DNA of 64,000 nucleotides from a bacterium (GCA_030429765.1 JAUIER010000001.1:129302-193301); one strand, 5' to 3'; numbered from the stretch's first letter, positions 45,787 to 55,279 are shown. The notes: generated by a model not told the origin, from the letters alone. Numbers and translations are program-made.

Positions 45787-46170
45787 ATGGAAGACAAGAT
45801 TTTGGTGATCGACGCTCATCCGGTATACATCCAAAAGTTGGACGCCTTCGTGCGCGGTTTGACATTTCAACATATCCGTTTGGCGGCTTCGGCCCATGAA
45901 GGGTTGAGCCTGGCCGAATCCTTTCAGCCCGATATTGTCCTGATGAGCGGGATTTATCCGGACCGGGACAGCCGCGAGACGCTGCGTGAACTCAAGCGGA
46001 TCTGTCCGCAGGCGCGGGTCATCGTGCAGGTAGGGTTGCTCACCGAGCACGACGCCATCGAAGCGTTCAAAGACGCAGGCGCCATGGCCGTCTTAATCCG
46101 CCTGGAAAAAAATCTAGCACCTCTCCAGGATGCCCTGGAGCAGGCCCGCCTGCAGAATTCTCCTAAATAA
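45787..46170 (+). CDS. receiver-like single-domain protein with degenerate phosphorylation site
   Basis: CheY-like fold by spacing (KILVIDAHP, DIVLMSGIYP) but the Asp57-equivalent aligns with Ser and the second acidic-pocket Asp is Ala. Confidence 0.5.
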   Translation: MEDKILVIDAHPVYIQKLDAFVRGLTFQHIRLAASAHEGLSLAESFQPDIVLMSGIYPDRDSRETLRELKRICPQARVIVQVGLLTEHDAIEAFKDAGAMAVLIRLEKNLAPLQDALEQARLQNSPK

Positions 46171-46410
46171 CGATATCCGAAACACTTGCCAAAAACTGGC
46201 TGCATGGGCTGTTGGCAGCCGGAATGACCGTATTGGTCCCTCTGTGTCCCGGACAACTCACCTGTGTCGTCTTGACGATCGCGAAATATATTGCATACTT
46301 TATCTAACGATGCGGTGCAAGGCAGCAGCGAGAACCGCACAACGAATATAGACTTATTCAGGCATACCGTATTCTCAGCTTATGTCGACTCAGCTTGCCT
46401 GAATATTTGA

Positions 46411-46458
46411 GGGATCGTTCCTGATTTTGCACAAAAAAAGGAACGGTCCCTTTTTTTA
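46411..46458 (+). terminator. strong Rho-independent terminator in intergenic region, not adjacent to any annotated CDS end
   Basis: GGGATCGTTCC-N18-GGAACGGTCCC followed by TTTTTTTATTT. Confidence 0.5.
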
Positions 46459-46555
46459 TTTGCTATACTATACCCCGTCAGGAAGCGTTTTATTTGAGAG
46501 AAGGGATACAGGATAGTATCCGCTATATTTAATCGACTAGTCAGAAAGATGTAAT

Positions 46556-47062
46556 ATGCCAAAGAAAGATAAGACTATTTGGGTTACGGTTGAAATTCCT
46601 AAAGGAAGCCGTAACAAGTATGAATTTGATAAGCTCCGCAAGGTCATTAAGTTTGACCGCATGTTGTTTTCAGCGGTTCATTACCCGAGTGATTACGGAT
46701 TTATCCCCGACACGCTCGCGTTGGACGGAGATCCGCTGGACGTTCTCGTTTTGGTCACGGAACCCACGTTTCCCGGGTGTATTATCGAAGCCCGGCCGAT
46801 CGGGTTATTTAAAATGACGGATGAAAAAGGGCCAGATGAAAAAATATTGTGTGTCCCCGTGAGCGATCCGCTCTGGAATCACATTCGCGAGCTGGACAAA
46901 GTTCCGCCGCATTTACTACGCGAGATTGAACATTTCTTCAATGTTTATAAGGATCTGGAAGACAAGAAAGTCAGCGTCGAAGGTTGGGCTGACCGAAGTG
47001 CCGCGTACACCATTATAGATGAGGCGCTTGAGCGTTATCAGGATTCGTTGAGCTCCCATTAG
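46556..47062 (+). CDS. ppa: inorganic pyrophosphatase (family I)
   Basis: 168 aa; family I PPase signature region DGDPLDVLVL and overall collinearity with soluble PPases. Confidence 0.9.
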   Translation: MPKKDKTIWVTVEIPKGSRNKYEFDKLRKVIKFDRMLFSAVHYPSDYGFIPDTLALDGDPLDVLVLVTEPTFPGCIIEARPIGLFKMTDEKGPDEKILCVPVSDPLWNHIRELDKVPPHLLREIEHFFNVYKDLEDKKVSVEGWADRSAAYTIIDEALERYQDSLSSH

Positions 47063-47073
47063 TTTTAAATTTT

Positions 47074-49155
47074 ATGCCGCAAAAATTTCTCATTCCAAGC
47101 TTGATAGCCGTTCTGTTGCTGAGCGGCTGTTCAACCTTACCGACATTCTCTCCCCGAGTTCAAAAGCGAACAGCCGCTTTTTGGCTGCAGCAATCCGTGA
47201 ACACTGAAATTGTCGACGCCCGCGTGGCAGACGAGAAAGTCTGGTTGACTTATCACGTTTTTACGGCTGATAGTGATACGGCACAGTTGTTTTATGCACG
47301 CAGTGATCGGATTCAGGCGAATGATGATCCCAATCACGGGCTTGTCATTAGGGATCGTCCTATGAAGTTTCTCTCACCGCAGGATTGGACTGCGGGTAGC
47401 GAAGACGGCGTGCCGGTGGCGATATGGTCGTCGTCGCGCTGGGCTGAATTTATCGGTGAATTTGCCGATGCGATGGCTCCAAGCGATATCAATCATGGCG
47501 TCGTCGTCCGTGACGGGTTACATGAACTGATTTTCTTTCGCGATGTGGACGGACAGACTTCAATTACGGATATCAAAAACAAGCCTGGCCATGTCGCAAT
47601 TGATCAGGTGCTCAGTCAGTCGCAGTATGCTGAAAAGATATCGGCTTCCCTACAGCAGTTTGTGAGTGCCAGATCCATTGCCGATCGTCGATTTATCGTC
47701 GTGGCCGATGACCGGCGTTCGGACGGCCGGATGTTTACCTATATTGATATGGATCGCGGTGCGGGACTGGGGTTGACCGTCCCGGCAGCCAAACAATCCA
47801 AGGGTATCGGCGGCTCGGTCGCCGGAGGGGTCAAGACCGCGGATCAGCTGATTCTCGACGGACAGATGGTTGGAATTGCGACCCGGCCGGTCTCATCAAT
47901 GTTCCGTCTGTATTCGTGGGCGAAGGACACCACGCTGCATACCATTAAACCGCGTCGGATGGTCCAGCAAATCGTGCCGAGCGGACCCCCGCCGCCGATC
48001 GCTCAGCGTGAGGGAATGGATCTCGATGAATTTGACCGCGAACTGGATCGTCTGATCGGGCGTCCGGCAACGAAGGGAACGGTGAAATTTTATATCGGTG
48101 GCGATCAGTATTTTCCCCGCCAGATCGAGGCATTTCAAAATGCCCGCGAATCCATCGATGTACGGATCTTTATTTTCGACAATGATGATTACGCGGTGAA
48201 GATCGCGGACGTCCTCAAACAACGCTCGCGCGATGGCGTTCGGGTCCGGGTGTTGATCGACGGCATCGGGCGGATTATGGGCGAGGGTTCAGTTCCCGAG
48301 GGAATGCCGGCCGGATTTAAACCGCCGGCGTCGATGGTCAAATACCTGAAGAAAGGATCCAATATCGAGGTCCGTGTCCGTCCCAACGCGTGGTTCAAGG
48401 CCGATCATACCAAGGCCATTACGATTGACGGCAAGCTCGCTTATACCGGCGGGATGAATATCGGCCGGGAATACCGTTATGACTGGCATGATCTGATGAT
48501 GCGGGTGGAGGGCTCGATTGTCGACGAGATTCAGCATGAATTTAATATCGCCTGGGCACATGCCGGGCATCTAGGGGATATCGCGTATCTGGCACAGAAA
48601 GTTAACGGCGTCAAGCGGCATGACAGCGTGAATGAAGGGATCAGGATCCGTCCGTTGTACACGCGGGCGGATAATCCGCAAATCTTTAACGCGCAAATGG
48701 CCGCGATTCGCAAGGCCAGGAACTATATCTACGCGGCCAATGCCTATTTCTCCGATCCGAATATCATCAGCGAGCTCATCAAGGCGCGCCGGCGCGGTGT
48801 CGATGTCAGGGTTATCCTGCCGGTCAACGGGAATCATGAGATCATGAACAAGAATAATATCGTGATTGCGAACCGGCTTTTTGCGAACGGCGTGAAGGTT
48901 TATTTTTATCCCGGCATGAGCCATGTTAAGGCGGCGGTTTACGACGGATGGTTATGCACCGGTTCAGCCAATTTTGACAAGCTCAGTTTTATTGACAATC
49001 TGGAATTCAATCTCGCCATATCCGATCCCGCCACTGTTGATCAAATCGTCGAGGATTTATTCGAAGCCGACTTTAAAAAATCCGCGTTGATGACGGCGCC
49101 TTTAAAGAGCAATATCCGAAATCTGCTGGCCACGGTGCTGGCCGGTCAGCTCTAG
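47074..49155 (+). CDS. phospholipase D / cardiolipin synthase-family lipoprotein with ~330-aa N-terminal extension
   Basis: lipobox LLSGCS; two HKD motifs HTKAITIDGKLAYTGGMNIG and HVKAAVYDGWLCTGSANFD. Confidence 0.75.
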   Translation: MPQKFLIPSLIAVLLLSGCSTLPTFSPRVQKRTAAFWLQQSVNTEIVDARVADEKVWLTYHVFTADSDTAQLFYARSDRIQANDDPNHGLVIRDRPMKFLSPQDWTAGSEDGVPVAIWSSSRWAEFIGEFADAMAPSDINHGVVVRDGLHELIFFRDVDGQTSITDIKNKPGHVAIDQVLSQSQYAEKISASLQQFVSARSIADRRFIVVADDRRSDGRMFTYIDMDRGAGLGLTVPAAKQSKGIGGSVAGGVKTADQLILDGQMVGIATRPVSSMFRLYSWAKDTTLHTIKPRRMVQQIVPSGPPPPIAQREGMDLDEFDRELDRLIGRPATKGTVKFYIGGDQYFPRQIEAFQNARESIDVRIFIFDNDDYAVKIADVLKQRSRDGVRVRVLIDGIGRIMGEGSVPEGMPAGFKPPASMVKYLKKGSNIEVRVRPNAWFKADHTKAITIDGKLAYTGGMNIGREYRYDWHDLMMRVEGSIVDEIQHEFNIAWAHAGHLGDIAYLAQKVNGVKRHDSVNEGIRIRPLYTRADNPQIFNAQMAAIRKARNYIYAANAYFSDPNIISELIKARRRGVDVRVILPVNGNHEIMNKNNIVIANRLFANGVKVYFYPGMSHVKAAVYDGWLCTGSANFDKLSFIDNLEFNLAISDPATVDQIVEDLFEADFKKSALMTAPLKSNIRNLLATVLAGQL

Positions 49156-49222
49156 CCCGAAATCCGCCAATCCACGCCTGATTGCCGTTGAAATCACTCA
49201 TCACTTTTGATAATATTGAGGT

Positions 49223-50518
49223 ATGAAATTCTGCGCAGATGTTCATGTCCATTCCTATTATTCCCGCGCGACCAGCAAAAATCTCAATCTTGAATATCTG
49301 AATTTATGGGGACAGATCAAAGGGGTCGATGTCATCGGAACCGGAGATTTTACCCATCCGGCATGGTTTGCCGAGATCCGGGACAAACTCGAACCCGCCG
49401 AGGAAGGGCTGTTCCGTCTGAAGCCGGAATTTGCCGCGGTGACCCGTGATCAAGTTCCCCGTGCCTGCCAGCGTGATATACGGTTTATGCTCACCGTTGA
49501 GATTTCCAACATTTACAAACGTCTGGATCGTGTTCGAAAAGTTCACAACTGTGTATTCGCCCCAAGTTTTGACGCCGCCGGTCGTATTCGTCAGTCCCTG
49601 GATAAGATCGGTAATCTTAAATCCGATGGTCGTCCGATTTTGGGATTGGATTCGAGAGATCTATTGGAGATTGTTTTGGAATCTGATCCATTGAGCTATT
49701 TGATCCCGGCGCATATCTGGACGCCATGGTTTTCTGCGATGGGATCCAAGAGTGGTTTTGATCGGATGACGGACTGTTTTGGCGATCTATCCGATCATAT
49801 TTTTGCGGTGGAAACTGGTCTGTCTTCGGACCCGCCGATGAATTGGCGGCTCTCGCAACTCGATCCATATGTGCTTGTCTCGAATGGCGACGCGCATTCT
49901 CCCGGTAAACTGGGACGTGAAGCGACGCTGTATGATACCGAACTGTCTTACCCGGCAATCTATGACGCTCTGAAAAATCATAACACCAATCCCGGTCTGA
50001 TCGGCACGATCGAGTTTTTCCCCGAGGAAGGCAAATATCATTATGACGGACATCGGGCGTGCCAAACGCGCATGCATCCGCGCGATACAAACAAGCACGA
50101 CGGCAAGTGTCCGGTCTGTCAGAAGCCGGTCACCGTCGGTGTGATGGCGCGGGTCGAAGAGTTGGCGGATCAGCCGGAGGGACGTAAGTCGCCGAACTGG
50201 CGGCCGTTTTTCAGTTTGATCCCTTTACCGGAGATCATCTCCGAGGTCGTCGGGGTCGGTCCGAACAGCAAGCGTGTTCAAAAGATCTATTTTGAAATGC
50301 TCAACGCCTTGGGCAGTGAGATGTTTATCCTGATGGACTGTCCGATTGATCAGATTCGGCGTCATTCCGAAGGGCTGATTGCGGAGGCGATTCAGCGCAT
50401 GCGAACCGGTGATGTTAATATCGCCTCAGGATACGATGGAGAGTTTGGAACGATTCATATATTTTCAGACCAAGATCGGGAGGCGCATGCCGCGGCCGAA
50501 CAGCTTACCTTGTTTTAA
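49223..50518 (+). CDS. PHP-domain protein, endonuclease Q-like
   Basis: N-terminal ADVHVHSYYSRATS (PHP metal-binding His motif), later H/D ligands, and a CPVCQKP zinc-finger-like element, as in EndoQ/TIGR00375-type proteins (from memory). Confidence 0.5.
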   Translation: MKFCADVHVHSYYSRATSKNLNLEYLNLWGQIKGVDVIGTGDFTHPAWFAEIRDKLEPAEEGLFRLKPEFAAVTRDQVPRACQRDIRFMLTVEISNIYKRLDRVRKVHNCVFAPSFDAAGRIRQSLDKIGNLKSDGRPILGLDSRDLLEIVLESDPLSYLIPAHIWTPWFSAMGSKSGFDRMTDCFGDLSDHIFAVETGLSSDPPMNWRLSQLDPYVLVSNGDAHSPGKLGREATLYDTELSYPAIYDALKNHNTNPGLIGTIEFFPEEGKYHYDGHRACQTRMHPRDTNKHDGKCPVCQKPVTVGVMARVEELADQPEGRKSPNWRPFFSLIPLPEIISEVVGVGPNSKRVQKIYFEMLNALGSEMFILMDCPIDQIRRHSEGLIAEAIQRMRTGDVNIASGYDGEFGTIHIFSDQDREAHAAAEQLTLF

Positions 50519-51029
50519 TAAACTTTTCGGATGCGGACTTGTTTTGATGCTGATAAGTTTGACGGGATGTGGGCGGACGGTCTTGAAGTCACATGAATGG
50601 CACACGTCGCCGGAGCACTGGCCTCAATCCAGGATTTATCACACACCTTTTCAATCGGAATTTGCATCACGCATTAAATTGGATCAGGCTCCGTGGCCCG
50701 GTAATCAGGCCGGCATTCGTTCGCCTAATCAGGCCTACCGGTTTTGGACAGGGCCGGTCCATCAATCAGTGAATGGATGGTGGTCGACGACGATCTATGT
50801 TGATCATGAGCGCGATCACGCATTGACAATACAAATCATCGACCACAATCAATGGAATGTTCAGGCCGCATGGATCAATGAAAAATTATTGTATGTGTCG
50901 GTCTGGTGGGGAAGGATTGTCGGCAGTTATTTTATCGTCGATGTTGAACGTGAAAAGATCATATTCAAGGAAATGATGCATGACGGACACATTGCCTATC
51001 AACAATTCCGTAACGCCGCAGCTCAATGA
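50487..51029 (+). CDS. hypothetical lipoprotein (start uncertain)
   Basis: ORF overlaps ends of both neighbours; lipobox-like LISLTGCG; Trp/His-rich. Confidence 0.35.
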   Translation: MPRPNSLPCFNKLFGCGLVLMLISLTGCGRTVLKSHEWHTSPEHWPQSRIYHTPFQSEFASRIKLDQAPWPGNQAGIRSPNQAYRFWTGPVHQSVNGWWSTTIYVDHERDHALTIQIIDHNQWNVQAAWINEKLLYVSVWWGRIVGSYFIVDVEREKIIFKEMMHDGHIAYQQFRNAAAQ

Positions 51030-52515
51030 GGCACAGCGGACTGCCGTTGATTATGACGGTGGTCATTTGCTGATCGTCGCGGGGCCCGGCACGGGGAAAA
51101 CGCATACGCTGACACACCGCATCCGTCGCTGTCTCGATGATATGGATCCGGGGCAGCATATCCTTGCCATTACCTTTACCAAAAAAGCGGCGCAGGAAAT
51201 GCGCGACCGCCTGCAGGAGGCCGATGCCGGAGAACGATTGAACGTCGGGACATTCCATCAGTTTGGCTTGGAGGTGCTCAAACAGTATTCTGTTGAACTG
51301 GCGGATATCGACGTGGCGGATCCTGAACAGATTGATCTGCGGCTCGCTCAAGAATGTCCGGACCTATCGGCGCGTGATCGTAAACATTGGATCCAGCGCG
51401 TCACTCGGTTTAAGTCGGATTTTGAAATTTCAGACATCCCGACGGAAATTTTGCAGTATAATAAGATCCTGCGGGAAGCGGGATGGATGGACTTTGACGA
51501 TGTCCTGATCGAAACGGTCAGGCTTCTGCGGGAAGATCAATCCGTACGGCAGGCCCTACAGGCTCGCTACCGGGCGGTTTTTGTCGATGAATATCAGGAT
51601 GTCAATGCCGTTCAGCGGGAATTGCTGCGGTTATTGATCGGGCCTGATAACCGTTTGACCGCGATCGGCGATCCCAATCAGGCCATTTATGGATTTCGTG
51701 GATCGAGTGTGACATATTTCTATGCGTTCAGCAAAGATTTTCCCGGTGCGGTGACGATGAACTTATCGGAGAACTACCGCAGCGCCGCCAATATCCTTTC
51801 AGCGTCGACGCAGGTCATCGCGTCGCGCTCGGATCCGGCTATTCAGGGATTAACGGCCCACATCCTCAAGCACGGCCGGCTTTTTATCGAACAATCGGCC
51901 ACGCCGAAGGCTGAGGCTGAATATGTGGTCCATCAGATTGAAAAACTCATCGGCGGGACGTCGATGTATTCATCCGACACCGGACGCGTCGGATATGACG
52001 ACGACGCCCTGATCAGTTTTGGAGATATTGCCGTTTTGTTCCGGCTGAACTATCAGCGTCACGCGCTGATCCAGGCTTTTGATCGAATGGGGATTCCGTA
52101 CCATGTTCCGATGAAGATCGGCGCAGCGGACGACGATCTCCCGGGGCCGCTGGGCGATGTTGAAAAAGAGTATCAACACGAACGGGTGACCTTGATGTCG
52201 CTGCACGCGTCCAAGGGGTTGGAATTCCCGGCGGTATTCATCGTGGGATGCGAGCAGAGGTTGATCCCGCTGGATATCGAGGGCTTGTCGAGTGATCCGG
52301 ACGATGAACGGCGGTTGTTTTATGTCGGGATGACGCGGGCCAAGCAATGGCTGTACTTGTCACACTGCGCGCGGCGCAGTTTGTTCGGCCGTTCGTATGA
52401 TCCTCTGCCGTCACCGTATTTATCCGATATCGAGGACCGGCTTAAGGAGTATCACGAACGTCGGCAGGCTCACAGCCGGCGAAAGAAGAACGAAAAACAA
52501 ATCGAACTGTTTTAA
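50980..52515 (+). CDS. UvrD/PcrA-family superfamily-1 DNA helicase, short form (511 aa)
   Basis: Walker A AGPGTGKTHTL, motif II FVDEYQD, motif V/VI region (TLMSLHASKGLEFPAVFIVG, YVGMTRAK). Confidence 0.8.
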   Translation: MTDTLPINNSVTPQLNEAQRTAVDYDGGHLLIVAGPGTGKTHTLTHRIRRCLDDMDPGQHILAITFTKKAAQEMRDRLQEADAGERLNVGTFHQFGLEVLKQYSVELADIDVADPEQIDLRLAQECPDLSARDRKHWIQRVTRFKSDFEISDIPTEILQYNKILREAGWMDFDDVLIETVRLLREDQSVRQALQARYRAVFVDEYQDVNAVQRELLRLLIGPDNRLTAIGDPNQAIYGFRGSSVTYFYAFSKDFPGAVTMNLSENYRSAANILSASTQVIASRSDPAIQGLTAHILKHGRLFIEQSATPKAEAEYVVHQIEKLIGGTSMYSSDTGRVGYDDDALISFGDIAVLFRLNYQRHALIQAFDRMGIPYHVPMKIGAADDDLPGPLGDVEKEYQHERVTLMSLHASKGLEFPAVFIVGCEQRLIPLDIEGLSSDPDDERRLFYVGMTRAKQWLYLSHCARRSLFGRSYDPLPSPYLSDIEDRLKEYHERRQAHSRRKKNEKQIELF

Positions 52516-52529
52516 ATAAGGAGTTTATT

Positions 52530-53027
52530 ATGCGGACATTTTCATTCACCACGGTTATCATCACCGCTGTCGTTTTATGTGGCGTGAGTTTGGACCAGGC
52601 GTATGCACAGAGTAATTACCGGGGCCGGGCTTCACGAAGTTCATCAAGCCTGCTCAAAGAAAAGTTTTCCAGCAAGCAGCGGATGCTGATCAAGAACAAG
52701 GAGAAGTTGGGACTGTCGGATGATCAAGTGGCGCGACTGGAGCAGCTCAAGGCCAACCTGGAAAAGGGTAATGTCATGAAAGAGGCCCAGATTCAGGTGA
52801 TCGATATTGATCTGCGGTCGATGCTGGCAGCGGACGTCGTGGATCTGAACAAGGTCAATCAACTGATCGACGCCAAGTTTGAATTTGAAAAAGCGCGTGT
52901 CAAGGAAGAGGCTCAGGCCTATGCCGAACTCAAGTCTATTCTGGACCCGCAGCAGCGTCGGGCAATGAAGAATCATCGCGAGATCTACCGCGGGCCGTAC
53001 AATCGCGGTGCTGAGGACGACGAGTAG
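52530..53027 (+). CDS. periplasmic Spy/CpxP-like (LTxxQ-motif) stress protein
   Basis: signal peptide; helical, repeated L..(D/E)Q motifs (LSDDQVARLEQL, LDPQQRRAMK). Confidence 0.5.
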   Translation: MRTFSFTTVIITAVVLCGVSLDQAYAQSNYRGRASRSSSSLLKEKFSSKQRMLIKNKEKLGLSDDQVARLEQLKANLEKGNVMKEAQIQVIDIDLRSMLAADVVDLNKVNQLIDAKFEFEKARVKEEAQAYAELKSILDPQQRRAMKNHREIYRGPYNRGAEDDE

Positions 53028-53037
53028 GGCCGGCTAA

Positions 53038-53601
53038 ATGCGGATCGTCCGGCAGGTATTTATGGAACCCGCGCGCCGCTGGGCGCGGGGACGGATCCCC
53101 TGGATTCGGTTACCATTATTGCTGTGGTTCGCGTGGGTGTTGTTTCAGCATTTGATCAATCCTGACTACCAGAGTATTCTGGACCCATTGAATCTGGGGA
53201 TACATGAATTCGGTCATCTGGTGTTTTCCATCGGCGGCGAATTTTTGGGGTTTCTCGGCGGGACGCTGATGCAGTTGATCGCGCCGGCGTACGGGATCTA
53301 CAACTTTTTCCGTCAGGAAGATTATTTCTCGATCACGCTGTGCTTCGGGTGGCTGTCCACCAACCTGTTTGACATCGCGGTTTATGTCGCGGACGCCCGC
53401 GCGCAGGCCCTGCAGTTGGTCACGCCGTTTGGCGGTCATCCTATTCACGATTGGCATTATATTCTCGGCCGGTTGAACTGGCTCGAATACGATCAGACGT
53501 TGGCGATGATGTTGCGGGGGCTGGCCGTTGTGTCGATGATCATCGGTTTATGGTCCGGCGGATGGGTGTTGTGGCAGATGGTTCGGCAAAAATCGGCCTG
53601 A
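53038..53601 (+). CDS. membrane protein (187 aa)
   Basis: 4-5 hydrophobic helices; HEFGH motif (possible metal site) but no family call. Confidence 0.4.
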   Translation: MRIVRQVFMEPARRWARGRIPWIRLPLLLWFAWVLFQHLINPDYQSILDPLNLGIHEFGHLVFSIGGEFLGFLGGTLMQLIAPAYGIYNFFRQEDYFSITLCFGWLSTNLFDIAVYVADARAQALQLVTPFGGHPIHDWHYILGRLNWLEYDQTLAMMLRGLAVVSMIIGLWSGGWVLWQMVRQKSA

Positions 53602-53628
53602 GTGTTATAAAGCTAAAACGGAGGATAT

Positions 53629-53991
53629 ATGGCGACACACATTAAACAACCGACACAGGTTGAAGCAGCCGGCAATAAGCCTAAAATCATTAAGGAATTT
53701 ATAGGACGGGTCAATTCAGACACCGAGCGGGCCAGTGTGGCGCATATGAATAGTCCAGCCGGGTGGGTGGAACCGGGACAGACGCCGGATTTTGATGAAT
53801 ACACGGTGGTTCTCAATGGTCGACTGCATGTCAAAACGGCCAAAGAAGAATTTGATGTCGCGGCAGGCGAAGCCGTTATCGCGCATAAAGGTGAATGGAT
53901 TCAATACAGCACACCCACCGAGGGGGCGGAATATATCGCGGTGTGTGTGCCGGCGTTTTCGATGGATACCGTCCATCGGGATGAAGAATAA
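53629..53991 (+). CDS. cupin-domain protein (120 aa)
   Basis: small beta-barrel pattern with AGEAVIAHKGEWIQYS; GGAG-type RBS. Confidence 0.5.
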   Translation: MATHIKQPTQVEAAGNKPKIIKEFIGRVNSDTERASVAHMNSPAGWVEPGQTPDFDEYTVVLNGRLHVKTAKEEFDVAAGEAVIAHKGEWIQYSTPTEGAEYIAVCVPAFSMDTVHRDEE

Positions 53992-53993
53992 AT

Positions 53994-54314
53994 ATGAAGG
54001 CCCTGACAAAAAAACAAATTGTATTTTTACTAGGGTATCCGTTTGTGCATTGCGTGCTGGGGGTGGTGGCCGTGCTGATGGCGCTGCAGGCCGGATTTGA
54101 TCAGATCGAACAGCCGGCGACGCAATGGGAGACATTGATCGCGGCGTTTGGGACGGGATTATTTCATATCCTGATCGCGCCGATTTTGCTGCTCAAATGG
54201 ATGGGGTTGACGTTGCCCTCGGAAGGATATATCGACTATTTTTGGCTGTATCTGACCGGGGTCCTGTATTCGTTTGCGATCGTCTATTATCATAAATGGA
54301 GGACCGGGCGCTAG
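53994..54314 (+). CDS. small membrane protein (106 aa)
   Basis: 3 TM helices. Confidence 0.4.
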   Translation: MKALTKKQIVFLLGYPFVHCVLGVVAVLMALQAGFDQIEQPATQWETLIAAFGTGLFHILIAPILLLKWMGLTLPSEGYIDYFWLYLTGVLYSFAIVYYHKWRTGR

Positions 54315-54371
54315 ATTTGAAGGGGGATCTCGACGGTGAGGCGGGCCTGCAGCACGGGATAAATATTTCTG

Positions 54372-54400
54372 TTGACAAAGCGGAGGAGTTCGGGCATACT
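54372..54400 (+). promoter_or_regulatory. sigma70-type promoter (TTGACA-N17-CATACT) with a long 5' UTR upstream of the cold-shock gene
   Basis: consensus -35 and near-consensus -10 at 17-nt spacing, ~130 nt before ATG. Confidence 0.4.
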
Positions 54401-54530
54401 TGTGCATGAGTAAATCAGTAGAGAAGAACACCGTTATCCGTGAGTTCGAAGTTCCTGATCTCGCGGATTTTTTTGTAGTTCCATCTGTCATTGTTTACTC
54501 GAAGTTTTTGTTGAAAGGAGGTAGTAAATT

Positions 54531-54731
54531 ATGGCAACAGGAACAGTAAAATGGTTTAACGACCAAAAAGGTTTTGGTTTTATCACATCGGAATCAGGTG
54601 GTGACGTTTTCGTTCATCATTCAGAAATCCAAGGTGAAGGTTACAAAACTCTGAAGGAAGGTCAAGCGGTTGAATTTGATATCGTTGACGGACCTAAAGG
54701 GGACCAAGCCAAGAACGTTGTGAAATCATAA
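54531..54731 (+). CDS. cspA: cold-shock protein, CspA family
   Basis: 66 aa; [18 protein letters not shown] (RNP1) and VFVHHS (RNP2). Confidence 0.9.
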   Translation: MATGTVKWFNDQKGFGFITSESGGDVFVHHSEIQGEGYKTLKEGQAVEFDIVDGPKGDQAKNVVKS

Positions 54732-54750
54732 CGTAATTTGAATCAAAATC

Positions 54751-54786
54751 GGCCCGGTTTACATATGTAAGCCGGGCCTTTTTTGT
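54751..54786 (+). terminator. Rho-independent terminator of the csp gene
   Basis: GGCCCGG-loop-CCGGGCC followed by TTTTTTGTG. Confidence 0.6.
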
Positions 54787-54850
54787 GTCTGCTATCCTCA
54801 TGTTGAAGTCTGGCGCCACTTGCACTATAATAGGTAGAAAAGGGGGGAGC

Positions 54851-55279
54851 ATGCGAAACTTTATTATGTTGTGTTTGATGTCCGGGTTGTGCCTGAGCGC
54901 CGGACCCGCCAATGCCGCGCTCATACGGACTACCGAACTCGAAGCATCCGCACCGGAGGCCCGTGATATTATCCGGATCGCCAAATTCAAGAAAGACAAG
55001 AAACGGACATCATCGTTTTCCAAATCCAAAAACCGCAAAAAACTCAAGAAACGAAATCAAGCAAGCCACAAGAAAAAAGCCAAGACCCGGGCGAGGGACA
55101 AGAGAAATACAGCCACAGGTCTGCTTGACGATTCGTCCCATCGCGATCGAAGATTAAAGCGGAAGCCCAGATCGTTCAGCCGAAAGGACAAGCTTGATTT
55201 GATTGACGGACGCCGATATTACCAGTTGGACGGTTATCATCGAAAGAAAAGGTCCCAAGAATCTTTTAAAAAGAACTAA
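54851..55279 (+). CDS. secreted poly-basic (Lys/Arg-rich) protein 1
   Basis: SD AAAGGGGGGAG; signal peptide MRNFIMLCLMSGLCLSAGPANA; remainder about 40% K/R. Confidence 0.45.
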   Translation: MRNFIMLCLMSGLCLSAGPANAALIRTTELEASAPEARDIIRIAKFKKDKKRTSSFSKSKNRKKLKKRNQASHKKKAKTRARDKRNTATGLLDDSSHRDRRLKRKPRSFSRKDKLDLIDGRRYYQLDGYHRKKRSQESFKKN

